Shown one piece after another: positions 16,902-29,428 of a stretch of DNA of 64,000 nt. Each line of letters opens with the position of its first letter. Position 1 is the first letter of the stretch. The DNA lies in contig JAQSDV010000007.1 of NCBI GenBank assembly GCA_029945425.1, positions 278,325 through 342,324 of the forward strand, in the 5' to 3' direction. The DNA comes from a bacterium (lineage in GTDB: Bacteria; Pseudomonadota; Alphaproteobacteria; Micavibrionales; UBA2020). The notes beneath the pieces are model-generated. The model made no database searches. It saw only the letters and a list, made by a program, of their open reading frames with translations, and was not told the origin of the DNA. Position numbers and translations under genes: made by a program.

Positions 16902-18503
16902 TTAGCGCGTCAGCGGCGCAAGGCGCAGATCATAAACCGCACGACCGCCCGGCTGAACCGAAGGCGGGCGCAGTTCAACGCCGCGTGAATAGAGCGACTG
17001 CTTCACCGCGCCGATCGGGGCGGATGACGACAGCGTGAATGTCGCGCTGTTGGAGCTGAGCGAGGAAATATCGACCTGCACCGGCGGGTTCATGCCGGCG
17101 AGGCGTTTTTGCATGTCCATCCAGCTGCGGCTGTCGCTGAACTGCATGGTGGCTTCGAGGCGTGTTGCGCCACCGGCGCCGGGGTTCATCGTCGAGCCTG
17201 CCATCGCGGCGGGGCTCCAGGCTTCACCGGCAACGTAACCGCCCTGCGTCTGCGCGTAGTCACCGCCCTGTTGCATCACGAGCGAAGGACGTCCGCTGCC
17301 GACAGGCACTTCGCCGCGGCTGTCAATGATGAGGGTGTCGCCGGGCGCGCGCGTCTGCGCGGTCAGTTCGCGGCTGATGCTTTCGGAAACGAGCGACGGG
17401 CGGCGCGGCACATAGGGTGCCTGCAGATAGCTGATCGTTTCGGTGATGCCGCGGCGGTATGCTTCGGTCGCCGTCATTTCGCCGGCATAGGGGCGCAGCG
17501 TGTCGCGGCGGCGCAGCTTGCCATTGGTATAGGTATAAATTTCAATGGTGAGTTCCGTGCCGGAGCGGTTGACGACAGCCAGCACCGCCTGTTCGGCATG
17601 GTAATTCGCGAGCAGTTTATCGACCGCGCGGTAATTGCCTTCCCAGACGCCGTTGCCGGGTCCCGCCGCGATATCGCTGATATCGCCGAGGGGCACATAG
17701 AATTGACGGCCATTCGCAGCCGATTTCGGCAGCGCGCCCTGCCACATCAGCAGCCACGGGTTCTGTTCTTCCCACAGCAGCGTTTGTCCCGCCACATCCT
17801 CGACATAGGGCAGGATCAGCACGGATTTCGCGATGGGTTCGAATTCCTGCGGCGGCGGCGTGTTGCTGCGCACGAGCGCGGGGCGCGCTTTCTGTCCGTA
17901 AATGGATTCTTTCCAGTCGGGGCGGGATTCCATCGCGGTTTGCGGATCTTCGCTGATGTCTTCCTCGACCACCGGATCGGGATTGTCGACGGCGGTGCCG
18001 ACCGCGACATGGTTGACGCCCGGGTTTTCGTCGCTGGCGGCATCGACAATCTCGGGCGCGTCATCCTTGACGGTCATGTAATTGCGCACGGCGTCGCGGA
18101 AGCGGATCGTGAAGGTGCCGACATAACGTGTCGTCGACATCTGTTCATCCTGAATTTCGAAATCCTGCACCAGCATCTGGATCTCGGAATCCTTCGGCAT
18201 CTTGAACGACTTGAATTCGGCAGGCGTCATGTTGCGCTCGGCCAGTTTTTTAAAGGCTTCGCGGCGGGAATCATTGATCGCCTTTTCGCGGGCGACGACC
18301 GAATTTTCGGCTTCCTTGTCGACCACCACATCAGTCACTACGAGGGGGTTCGCAACCGCAGGCGCGGGGCCCGGCAGGTTCGGCGTCCATGTGTCGCCGT
18401 TTTTCGGGCCGACTTGGGCTGAAACTGGTGCAGTTATGGCTAATACGCCAAGGATTATCGAAAAAGAGACGGGTAAAATGAGTTTGGACATACATTTGGA
18501 CAT
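16902..18503 (-). CDS. Secreted hypothetical protein (about 530 aa)
   Basis: It has a signal peptide (MSKCMSKLILPVSFSIILGVLAITAPVSAQ). Its stop lies 7 nt upstream of the hdaA start. Confidence 0.6.
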   Translation of the reverse strand: MSKCMSKLILPVSFSIILGVLAITAPVSAQVGPKNGDTWTPNLPGPAPAVANPLVVTDVVVDKEAENSVVAREKAINDSRREAFKKLAERNMTPAEFKSFKMPKDSEIQMLVQDFEIQDEQMSTTRYVGTFTIRFRDAVRNYMTVKDDAPEIVDAASDENPGVNHVAVGTAVDNPDPVVEEDISEDPQTAMESRPDWKESIYGQKARPALVRSNTPPPQEFEPIAKSVLILPYVEDVAGQTLLWEEQNPWLLMWQGALPKSAANGRQFYVPLGDISDIAAGPGNGVWEGNYRAVDKLLANYHAEQAVLAVVNRSGTELTIEIYTYTNGKLRRRDTLRPYAGEMTATEAYRRGITETISYLQAPYVPRRPSLVSESISRELTAQTRAPGDTLIIDSRGEVPVGSGRPSLVMQQGGDYAQTQGGYVAGEAWSPAAMAGSTMNPGAGGATRLEATMQFSDSRSWMDMQKRLAGMNPPVQVDISSLSSNSATFTLSSSAPIGAVKQSLYSRGVELRPPSVQPGGRAVYDLRLAPLTR

Positions 18504-18694
18504 AATTGGGCGACCACGGCTTTGACAGATTCCATTGACTGACACTATCTCCAGATGCACCTAAAATCCAGATATTCCAGTCATATTTTGTTAAAATTCT
18601 CATGCTATTGTTGAGTAAGCGCAAGAAGGCCGTTATTCTTGCGCGAGGGCGCCGCGCCGGCACCCTGTTTTTCTCAAATGGATGAGTGACTTCG

Positions 18695-18826
18695 ATGGAT
18701 ATGGATATGGATAAAGAGACGGAAAAGGCGTGGCACAACTGGGTGGTCTTCACCAAGGGCGCGACTCTTTCCGTCGTCATCGTCGCGGCAATCCTGTCGC
18801 TGATGGCGCTGTTTCTGACCTACTGA
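18695..18826 (+). CDS. Small single-TM protein resembling aa3-type cytochrome oxidase subunit IV (COX4_pro_2). It is not in the ORF track.
   Basis: Hand translation gives MDMDMDKETEKAWHNWVVFTKGATLSVVIVAAILSLMALFLTY. The FxKGAT motif plus a TM helix matches my memory of Paracoccus subunit IV ([21 protein letters not shown]). Confidence 0.45.
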   Translation: MDMDMDKETEKAWHNWVVFTKGATLSVVIVAAILSLMALFLTY

Positions 18827-18867
18827 GGTTTCCGCGTCAGGGAATCCCGGTCTCCGGAGGATTATTT

Positions 18868-21800
18868 TTGCGGATAGCGTGGCGTGGTCTGCTGCTGGTC
18901 TTGATGCTTCTCGCGTTTGCGGGCGGCAGCGCTTTGGCACAGCTTCCGCCGACCGCGTCCGGCACTGGCGGATTATCCGGCACGCTGGGCAGCAGCGCGC
19001 CGCCGGTCGCCAAGCCGGTGGTGCCGGTTGTGCCTGTTGTTCCCGTCGCACCTGTTGCGCGCCCCGTCGTGCCTGTCGCGCAGCCGCCCGTGAATAACGG
19101 CGATGGCGGCGTGCTCACCCCCGTCAATATCGCGCCGCCCCCCGCTTTCCGCCCGATTTACCTGTCGTCGAAATCTTCGAGCTATGACATCGCGCCCTCC
19201 GCCAAGATTTTCGAGGATGCGTCGAAGCAAATGTCCTTCGCCCAGATCATGGCGCAGTTCCGCGCAGGGCAAGGCCAGCCCGCTTCCTCGAACCCCATCT
19301 ATCTCGGCTATACGCAGCGCGGCTACTGGATCGTGTTCGGCGTCTTCAACCGCAACCCTGCCAAGACGCAGTGGGTGTTGAATTTCGGCAACCGCATGTC
19401 GGGAACGATTGGTGTTGCCGACCGCATCGCGACCTTCACCGACATCAGCGCCGACCAGCCGCTGATGATCGACGGCCGCCTTGCCACCTACAAACAGCAG
19501 GTGAAGGGGCAGGAGCGCAACGCCGTGCCCTTTAACTTCGAGCCTAATCAGGGCCGCATCATCGGCGTCTATGTCGAACCGGCGGCGGGCGTGCCGCTTG
19601 CGCTCGACATGCACTTGGAAGAACCCACCGTCTTTACGCAGGCGCATGACCAGTACAGCCTGCAGTCGAACGTCGTGCGCGCGGGCGCCGCCGCCGTCTG
19701 CATCCTCTACCTCTTCTTCTGGTTCAATTACCGCCAGGCGACCCCCGCCTGCCTGCTGGCCTATGTCGTGGCGCAGTACTTTATTTTCATGACGTCGGAC
19801 GAAATCGTGCCGCGCGGCAACAACACGGCCGCCCAGTATATGGAGCTGCTGCACGCCGCCGCCGCCGTCGCCGCGCTGGTCTTGAGCCGGCAGGTGCTGT
19901 TCGGCCGCGAGAAAACCAACAAGCAGCGCAGCATCCTGACCGCGACCGCCATTGTCATCGCCGTGCTGGCGATTGCCGGCAGCCTTGTGGGCGCGCTGTC
20001 CGGCCCGATCAATACCGTGCTGATCCGCATCCTGCCGGTCGTCGTGCCTGCGCTGATCACGGGGCTGGGCGCGTACAGCGTGCTGAAATCCGAGCGCGCG
20101 CATGTGCTGGCCTATACCTTCGCCTGGCTGCTGCTGCTGGGCGGCGCGGTGATGACGGAGGCCGCGTCGAGCGGCATGTCGTCCTACAGCGTCAGCGGCA
20201 TGAATTTCTACTGGATCTGTTTCGTGCTGCATTTGAGCGTGCTGTCCTTCTCCGCGCTCCGCAACCTTGCCGTGACCGAGGCGATGCAGCTGCATGACGC
20301 GACCGAGGCGAAACGCCGCCGCGAAGAAGAGATGGAGATGCGCAAGACGAAAGAGCTTGCCGACCAGACCCGCATGCTGGGCGTCCTGCAGCGCGAAAAA
20401 GAACTGATGGCCGATTTGCGCAACCGCGAACAGGAACGCATCCAGGCGATGCGCCGCGCCAAGGAAGCCGCCGACAGCGCGAACAAGGCGAAATCCGACT
20501 TCCTCGCCGTTATCAGCCATGAAATCCGCACGCCGATGACGGGCGTGATGGGCATGATCCGCCTGCTGCTCGACACGCCGCTCAGCGACAAGCAAAAGGA
20601 ATACGCGAAAACGATCCAGTATTCCGGCGACGCGCTGCTGACGCTGCTGAACGACATTCTTGACCTTTCCAAGGTCGAGGAAGGCAAGATGTCGATCGAG
20701 AACATCGATTTCGACCTGAACAAGCTGGCGGAATCGGTCGTGCTGCTGATGTCGGGCCGCGCGGAGGAAAAGAAGATATTCCTGAAGGCGGAGCTGGACC
20801 CCGAATGCCCGACCGCGCTGAAGGGCGACCCCACGCGCCTGCGCCAGATCATGCTGAACCTGATTTCCAATGCGATCAAGTTCACCGACAAGGGCGGCGT
20901 CACGCTCATCATCAAGGCGCATGACAAGACCGCGAAAAAACCGCGCATCTATTTCGGCGTGAAGGATAGCGGCATCGGCATCACCGAAGACGTGCAGAAA
21001 AAACTGTTCCAGCCTTACCAGCAGGCGGACACGACCACCGCCCGCAAATTCGGCGGCACCGGCCTTGGCCTTTCGATTTGCAAACGCCTTGTCGAGGCGA
21101 TGGGGTCGAGCATCCAGATCGCATCGAAAATGGGCGAAGGCACGGTTTTCTATTTCATCCTGTCGATGGAATACGGCGTCGGCGAAGCGCAGCTGGCGGC
21201 GGAAGCAGCACAGGCGGGCGTGATCCCCCTGAAGCTGCTGGTCGTCGACGACAACATCATCAACCAGCGCGTCGTGGCGGGCCTGCTGGAAAAAGACGGC
21301 CACAAGATCGTGACCGTCGGCGGCGCGGAGGCCGCGATGGACGAGCTGAAGAACATCGCCTTCGACGTGATCCTGATGGACATGGAAATGCCGCAGATCG
21401 ACGGCGTGATGGCGACGCACATGATCCGCCGCCTGCCCGACCCCGGCAAATCGAAAACCACGATCATCGCGATGACCGGCAACGTGGGCAAGGAAGACAT
21501 CCAGCGTTGCCGCGACGCCGGCATGGATGATTACCTCAGCAAGCCCATAAACCCCGAAATCCTGCGCAAGCTGCTGATCCAGTACGGCAAGAAAAAATAC
21601 CCGAACCAGCAGCCCGTGATGCCCGCAGCGGCGCCCGTTTCAGCCGTGATGTCGACGCCGCCGGCAAGCCCTGCCGCCCCCTCGCTGGCAAAGCCTGCCG
21701 ACGCGCCCGCGCGCGCGGCTGCGGCACCCGCTATCCCCGAAGCGCCGCCCGCACCTGCCGCGCCGCCCGTCAACATGGCGATTTTCGAACAGCAGAAACT

Positions 21801-22137
21801 TTTCTCGACCGATGTGCTGGGCGGGCTGAAGGGCAGCCTTGGCAAGGACCAGATGGACGAGATGATGCTGGGTCTCTACGAAAAAACCGAAGAGCTGATC
21901 GGCACCGCCGAAAAAGCCATCGAGGCGAAAGACCTCAAGGCGCTGCAGGGCGCAGGGCATGACATCAAGGGCATGACATCCAACTTCGGCCTGACCGCTA
22001 TTAGTGATTTGGGCGCGCGCCTGGAACGTCAGGCGAAGGAAAACTTCGCCATCGACATCCTGGCCGACATCGTCAAGAAAATGCGCCCCACCTATTACGA
22101 CACGCGCTCCATCGTCGAAAAGTGGATGAAGGTTTAA
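18868..22137 (+). CDS. Hybrid sensor histidine kinase/response regulator. It combines a 7TMR-DISM-type sensor, HisKA, HATPase, REC and Hpt.
   Basis: A TTG start lies 7 nt after GGAGG, followed by a signal peptide and a periplasmic domain. Next comes a 7TM block, then the H-box SDFLAVISHEIRTPM and an ATPase with GGTGLGLSI. The REC domain has LLVVDDN and ILMDMEMP, and the C-terminal Hpt has GAGHDIKG. Confidence 0.85.
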   Translation: MRIAWRGLLLVLMLLAFAGGSALAQLPPTASGTGGLSGTLGSSAPPVAKPVVPVVPVVPVAPVARPVVPVAQPPVNNGDGGVLTPVNIAPPPAFRPIYLSSKSSSYDIAPSAKIFEDASKQMSFAQIMAQFRAGQGQPASSNPIYLGYTQRGYWIVFGVFNRNPAKTQWVLNFGNRMSGTIGVADRIATFTDISADQPLMIDGRLATYKQQVKGQERNAVPFNFEPNQGRIIGVYVEPAAGVPLALDMHLEEPTVFTQAHDQYSLQSNVVRAGAAAVCILYLFFWFNYRQATPACLLAYVVAQYFIFMTSDEIVPRGNNTAAQYMELLHAAAAVAALVLSRQVLFGREKTNKQRSILTATAIVIAVLAIAGSLVGALSGPINTVLIRILPVVVPALITGLGAYSVLKSERAHVLAYTFAWLLLLGGAVMTEAASSGMSSYSVSGMNFYWICFVLHLSVLSFSALRNLAVTEAMQLHDATEAKRRREEEMEMRKTKELADQTRMLGVLQREKELMADLRNREQERIQAMRRAKEAADSANKAKSDFLAVISHEIRTPMTGVMGMIRLLLDTPLSDKQKEYAKTIQYSGDALLTLLNDILDLSKVEEGKMSIENIDFDLNKLAESVVLLMSGRAEEKKIFLKAELDPECPTALKGDPTRLRQIMLNLISNAIKFTDKGGVTLIIKAHDKTAKKPRIYFGVKDSGIGITEDVQKKLFQPYQQADTTTARKFGGTGLGLSICKRLVEAMGSSIQIASKMGEGTVFYFILSMEYGVGEAQLAAEAAQAGVIPLKLLVVDDNIINQRVVAGLLEKDGHKIVTVGGAEAAMDELKNIAFDVILMDMEMPQIDGVMATHMIRRLPDPGKSKTTIIAMTGNVGKEDIQRCRDAGMDDYLSKPINPEILRKLLIQYGKKKYPNQQPVMPAAAPVSAVMSTPPASPAAPSLAKPADAPARAAAAPAIPEAPPAPAAPPVNMAIFEQQKLFSTDVLGGLKGSLGKDQMDEMMLGLYEKTEELIGTAEKAIEAKDLKALQGAGHDIKGMTSNFGLTAISDLGARLERQAKENFAIDILADIVKKMRPTYYDTRSIVEKWMKV

Positions 22138-22162
22138 TCTTCGCCTGATGCCAGCAAACATG

Positions 22163-22196
22163 AAAAACCCGCCGGCTTTCGCACGGCGGGTTTTTA
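22163..22196. terminator. Bidirectional rho-independent terminator between the kinase gene and ndk
   Basis: The sequence is aaaaa-cccgccg-gctttcgca-cggcggg-ttttt. Confidence 0.6.
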
Positions 22197-22215
22197 TCTT
22201 GAAAGACCGGATCGC

Positions 22216-22644
22216 TTACGCGACGATTTCGGTTTCCGCGAAGAAGAAGTTGATTTCGCGTTTCGCGTTGTCGAGGCTGTCGGAGCCATGGACCGAGTTT
22301 GCTTCGATCGATTCCGCGAATTCCTTGCGGATCGTGCCGGCGTCGGCGTTCGCGGGGTTGGTCGCGCCCATGATCTTGCGGTTGGCAGCAACCGCGTCGG
22401 GGCCTTCCAGCACTTGCACGACCACGGGGCCGGACACCATGAATTTCACGAGGTCGCCGAAGAAGGGGCGTTCCTTGTGGACTTCATAGAATTTCTCGGC
22501 TTGCGTCTGCGTCAGCTGCAGGCGTTTCTGGCCGACGATTTTCAGGCCGCCGTCTTCGAATTTCGAATTGATTTTGCCGGTCAGGTTACGGCGCGTTGCG
22601 TCCGGCTTGATGATCGACAGTGTACGTTCCTTGGCTGCGCCCAT
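22216..22644 (-). CDS. ndk: Nucleoside diphosphate kinase
   Basis: [32 protein letters not shown] and NSVHGSDS are present. The track ORF extends upstream into the repeat element, so the true start is the ATG at 22644. Confidence 0.9.
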   Translation of the reverse strand: MGAAKERTLSIIKPDATRRNLTGKINSKFEDGGLKIVGQKRLQLTQTQAEKFYEVHKERPFFGDLVKFMVSGPVVVQVLEGPDAVAANRKIMGATNPANADAGTIRKEFAESIEANSVHGSDSLDNAKREINFFFAETEIVA

Positions 22645-22754
22645 TTTAATTCCCTCTTCTTGTGTAAGCGTTCTGGTTAACAGGGCTTCTATATATGGGT
22701 TTTTGAACGGAAATGCAATCATTGGTAAGTGATTGAAATTTAATAATATTAAAG

Positions 22755-22831
22755 TGTCATCCTGAGCGTAGCGAAGGATCTCCCTCACTCACGGCGAGAA
22801 AGGGGGATCCTTCGCTACGCTCAGGATGACA
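22755..22831. repeat. Palindromic repeat element, copy 2 (26-bp arms, about 25-nt spacer)
   Basis: The arms are tgtcatcctgagcgtagcgaaggatc and gatccttcgctacgctcaggatgaca. They belong to the same arm family as 12565-12668 and differ at 3 positions. Confidence 0.8.
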
Positions 22832-22836
22832 GGAAA

Positions 22837-25497
<2,661 letters not shown>

Positions 25498-25543
25498 GGT
25501 GACCTCTGGTAAAAACCGTTCAAATCAAACACATCGTTATACA

Positions 25544-26365
25544 ATGACAGTCATTAACAAAGCAAATATCTCCGAAAATTCCAATGTTTCCGAGGATTTA
25601 ATCGCCCTCGCCCACCGACTCGCCGATGCCAGCGGAGAGGTCATCCGCAAATACTTCCGCACCGGTTTTCATATCGAGGGCAAGCAGGACCAGAGCCCTG
25701 TCACGATCGCCGACAAGGAAGCGGAGCAAGTCATCCGCGCCATCCTTGCCAAAGAACGCCCCGGCGACGGCATCCACGGCGAAGAATTCGGCAGCGATGC
25801 GGGCACGACCGGATACCTCTGGGTGCTCGACCCCATCGACGGCACAAAGGCGTTTGCAACCGGCCGCCCGCTGTTCGGCACGCTGATCGGCCTCGTCCAT
25901 AACGGCAAGGCGGTGCTGGGCGTGATCGACCAGCCGATTTCAAACGAGAGATGGATTGGCGCGAACGGACATCCGACATTATTCAACGGTGAACCTGCGC
26001 GCGTGCGCCCCTGCCCCGATATCTCCAACGCGAATATCGCGACCACGGGGCCGGACATGTTCGACCTCGAGGAATATTTGCGCCTCTATACATACCTGAA
26101 GGAAGAAACGTCGTTCACCATCTACGGCGGCGATTGTTATTCCTACGGCACGCTGGCATCCGGCTGGCTGGACGGCATTGTCGAGGGGCATATGAAGCTC
26201 CACGATTACGTCGCGCTGATCCCGATTGTGGAAGGCGCCGGCGGCATCATCACCGACTGGCAGGGCAAGCCGCTGCCGCTGAAGCCGACCTTCGATGCGT
26301 TCGAGGTGCTGGCGACGGGGGATAAGCCGCTGCACGCGCGGTTGGTACAATTGTTGTCAGCCTGA
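25544..26365 (+). CDS. hisN: Inositol monophosphatase family protein, likely HisN-type histidinol-phosphatase
   Basis: SPVTIADKEAE, GEEFG and WVLDPIDGTKAF are present, and the length fits the family. Confidence 0.65.
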   Translation: MTVINKANISENSNVSEDLIALAHRLADASGEVIRKYFRTGFHIEGKQDQSPVTIADKEAEQVIRAILAKERPGDGIHGEEFGSDAGTTGYLWVLDPIDGTKAFATGRPLFGTLIGLVHNGKAVLGVIDQPISNERWIGANGHPTLFNGEPARVRPCPDISNANIATTGPDMFDLEEYLRLYTYLKEETSFTIYGGDCYSYGTLASGWLDGIVEGHMKLHDYVALIPIVEGAGGIITDWQGKPLPLKPTFDAFEVLATGDKPLHARLVQLLSA

Positions 26366-26499
26366 CCACATGCAACCCCTGCAAAGCAGGGGTCTAAGCA
26401 AATGCTCGTGTTATTGGCGGTTGTGGCGCGCGATGTGTCACCGCCCATTATACGGATGGTTCTTGGACTCCTGCTTTCGCAGGGGTTGCGCACAGAATT

Positions 26500-26532
26500 A
26501 AAAAACCCGGCGGGCGCCGGGTTTTTCTTTTT
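26500..26532. terminator. Bidirectional rho-independent terminator
   Basis: The sequence is aaaaa-acccggc-ggg-gccgggt-ttttctttttt. It lies between convergent genes. Confidence 0.6.
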
Positions 26533-26554
26533 TCCGTGGTGTTTTTTTTATTCG

Positions 26555-27274
26555 TTATGCTGTCGGCGCTGCGGGCGCGGGTGCGGGTTGGGGCGCGGGC
26601 TTTTGCAATTTCGCGACGAGCGCGGCGTAATTTGCTTCTTTCTTCGGGCTGCGTTTCGCGCCGAGGTCGAAGACGTTTTTCAAGACGCCTTTTTCGACCA
26701 GCGCCTGCTGGAAAGCGGGGGCCGCGAAAACGGCGGCGCGGTTGTCGCCCGACGCCATGCCGATCACTTCGCTGTCGATCTTGGCGGAGAATTTTTCAAC
26801 GGCGCCCGCTGCGCGGAAACCGTTGGTGAAGAATTTCACGACAGCCGCAGCGCCGAGCGCGACAACGGCAACAGGTGCCACGATCACGGCGACGGGTGCA
26901 ACAGCGAGGGCGGTCACTGCTGTCAGCGCGGCAGCGCCCAATGTCCACAATCCGGCGCGTGCGCCTTTTTCCCACTGGGCTTCGGCGACGGGGCCGAGCG
27001 TATCGACCGTCTGCCGTTTCAGCGCGAGGAGACTTTCCGTTTTTTCGGTGGTGGTGTCCTGCTTCAGCAGCGCTTCCAGCTGTGCGCCGGTTTCGGATGC
27101 GGCGGGATACAATTTCGCGGCGCGGAATGAAAACAGTTCGTCCTTGGTATCGCGGTAAAATTCGACTGCGGCATCTTTATAGACGGGCCAGCCTGTTTTT
27201 GTTTTCGGGAAGTTCACGGCGTCGCTGGCGACGCCCGATACGAATTCGCGTGTTTCCTTGAAAAAATCGACCAT
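26555..27274 (-). CDS. Hypothetical membrane protein with a Pro/Ala-rich C-terminus
   Basis: It has a central hydrophobic block (GLWTLGAAALTAVTALAVAPVAVIVAPVAVVALGAAAVV). No family was recognised. Confidence 0.5.
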   Translation of the reverse strand: MVDFFKETREFVSGVASDAVNFPKTKTGWPVYKDAAVEFYRDTKDELFSFRAAKLYPAASETGAQLEALLKQDTTTEKTESLLALKRQTVDTLGPVAEAQWEKGARAGLWTLGAAALTAVTALAVAPVAVIVAPVAVVALGAAAVVKFFTNGFRAAGAVEKFSAKIDSEVIGMASGDNRAAVFAAPAFQQALVEKGVLKNVFDLGAKRSPKKEANYAALVAKLQKPAPQPAPAPAAPTA

Positions 27275-27376
27275 TTCTCAAAACTCCCTGAATACCGTGA
27301 TATGCCTGCCCCTTTTTGGAATCAGGGCTTGGGGGGCAATCTACAGAAACGGGTGTATTATGTCAACTAAATTCAG

Positions 27377-29428
27377 TTACGGGTGGGAGATCTGCTGGGC
27401 GGAGGCCACCATGGGGCCGCGGAGCTTGTCCTGCGCCACATACACCGGCCATGCGCCTTCCGCCACGCGGTCGAGGGATTCGACGTCCTGACGGTGCTTG
27501 ATGCGGTAGATCCAGAAATTGGTCATCACGCGCTCGACGAAAATCCGTGTCTCGGCGACGGGGATCGATTCAATGAACAGCAGCGGATCGCTGTTCAGGC
27601 GCGTGTTCTGGTCCCAGCGCGCGAGCTTGCCGGGGCCTGCGTTGTAGGCAACCGCGAGCTTGAACAAATTATTGTCGACATATTCCGTCGTCAGCAATTC
27701 CTTCAGGTATTTCTGGCCGAGGTCGATGTTGAGCACAGGGTCCTGAAGTTTTTCGCCGTCGATATCGTCGCCATGCTTGCGCGCGACGTGCTTGGCCGTC
27801 ATCGGCATCAGCTGCATCAGCCCGACAGCGCCGGAGGATTTGTTGGACGCCGCGTAATCGAATTTCGATTCCTGACGGATAAAGGCATAGACCAGTGCGC
27901 GGTCGACCGTGAAGCCCTTCGCCGGTTTCCATGGCACATCGGGATAGAGCGCGGAGTCATAGAGCTTGCCGTTCTTGCCGCGGAAGGCGGAGCCCATGCG
28001 CATCGCAAGCGCGGGCATGCCGTTGTCGTTGGCAACCGCGATCATCGCTTCCTGCAGCACGGTGTTGTCGCCGGGGTTCATCTGGCGCAATTCCAGTTCC
28101 GCGAGGTCGTTACGTTCGGCCTTCACAAGCGCAAGCGCGCGGCGGCCGGCGGGCAGCTGCATCATCGCCTTGATGTGTTTTTCCGACAGCTCCGGCGTCG
28201 TCCAGTTGAATTTCGCCTGTTCCATGCCGAGCGCCTTCATCGCGATCAGGCCATAGAAAGTGCGCGGGTATTCGGCCGCGCGGCGCAGCCAGATATTCAC
28301 GTTCTGCGGCTGGCGCGCGCGCAAGTAAGAACGCGCTGTCCAGTACGCGCCCGCCGCCGACATCCATGCGGAGGTGCGGTTGGAGCGCGCGGTCAGTTCA
28401 AACAGTTTCGCCGCTTCCGGATATTTGCCCAGCTGCCATGCCGACAACCCGCCGATCCAGCCCGCCAGCGGCACATCGGTGCCGGAGCGCACGGCGCTGG
28501 CGCTGGCCAGTTCATAGGCCGTCTCGATCTTGCCGTTGTAGAAATAGGATGCCGCGACATCGCCCTGAAGCGCGTCGTAATCGGTCACGGGCAGCAGTTC
28601 TTTTTTCTTTTCCAGACGGCCGAGCGACGATGTGGGCGCTTCGCCGATATTTTCGCTGACCGATTTGATCAGGTCGCGTTGCGCGGGCGCGTGGCTGCGG
28701 CTGCGGATATAGGGCTGCGCCAGCTGGCCGACATCAAAATCATGCATCGCATAGACGCCGCGGCTGGAGCGCGCGGCCACGAGCTTTTCTGTATCTTTCC
28801 TGGTTTTCTTTTTCTGCGCGAGGTCGAAGATGCGCTGCGCGCCCGGATGGTCGGCAAAGCGTTTCATCCAGTCGGCCAGTTCGTTATACGTCGCCTTGTA
28901 ACCGGCGCTGGTGTAACGCTGGTACAGCACATGGCCCATCAGGCGCAGGTCTTCCAGCTTCCCGATTTCCTGGTTCGCGTGGGAATAGCTGCCGACATCC
29001 TGAAAGGCGAAGATATGGGCGTAGCGCGCCGCGTCGTCATCGGACAGGCGGTTGCTGTTGATCTTGCTGAACATGCGGTTGATCAGCGACGGTTCGCGCG
29101 CAAAGACGGAGGGCGAGAGGCGCAGGTCATCGGGGTTGCCCGCAGCGGGGCGGATCGCGGCAAGCGCCGACACATCAACGCCGGAGAAGTCATTTTCGGG
29201 CTGGTCGTTCGCGGCAACGGCGACCGCCTGCCCCGGCTTGCGGCTGGGGCGCACAGTAGTCGCGAATGCAAGTTTGGACTGTTTGGCCGAAGGAGCCGGA
29301 GCGGCTGCTTCCTGGCCCGGTTTGCGCTTGGGCAGCGGAATGTCGACCGCAATCGCCGTCCCCGCGCATCCAAGCACGAGGGCGAAACCGATCGATCCTA
29401 AAACATATGTACGTTTTTCAATTTCCAA
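27377..29428 (-). CDS. Lytic murein transglycosylase (Slt70-like)
   Basis: It has a signal peptide, a long helical superhelix region and an SLT domain (ESKFDYAASNKSSGAVGLMQLMP, AYNAGPG). Confidence 0.8.
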   Translation of the reverse strand: MEIEKRTYVLGSIGFALVLGCAGTAIAVDIPLPKRKPGQEAAAPAPSAKQSKLAFATTVRPSRKPGQAVAVAANDQPENDFSGVDVSALAAIRPAAGNPDDLRLSPSVFAREPSLINRMFSKINSNRLSDDDAARYAHIFAFQDVGSYSHANQEIGKLEDLRLMGHVLYQRYTSAGYKATYNELADWMKRFADHPGAQRIFDLAQKKKTRKDTEKLVAARSSRGVYAMHDFDVGQLAQPYIRSRSHAPAQRDLIKSVSENIGEAPTSSLGRLEKKKELLPVTDYDALQGDVAASYFYNGKIETAYELASASAVRSGTDVPLAGWIGGLSAWQLGKYPEAAKLFELTARSNRTSAWMSAAGAYWTARSYLRARQPQNVNIWLRRAAEYPRTFYGLIAMKALGMEQAKFNWTTPELSEKHIKAMMQLPAGRRALALVKAERNDLAELELRQMNPGDNTVLQEAMIAVANDNGMPALAMRMGSAFRGKNGKLYDSALYPDVPWKPAKGFTVDRALVYAFIRQESKFDYAASNKSSGAVGLMQLMPMTAKHVARKHGDDIDGEKLQDPVLNIDLGQKYLKELLTTEYVDNNLFKLAVAYNAGPGKLARWDQNTRLNSDPLLFIESIPVAETRIFVERVMTNFWIYRIKHRQDVESLDRVAEGAWPVYVAQDKLRGPMVASAQQISHP

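Noticed and set aside
18973-21420. Very long ORFs antisense to recognised genes. Examples are 18973-21420 (815 aa), 23317-25512 (731 aa), 27383-29401 (672 aa), 50519-52459 (646 aa), 17109-18422, 11078-12160, 31371-32435, 37000-38262 and 39252-40475.
   Set aside because: Each lies opposite a gene with clear family motifs (kinase, alaS, Slt, RTX and others). Their products are Arg/Ala/Gly/His-rich and low in complexity, which is the usual open antisense frame in high-GC DNA.
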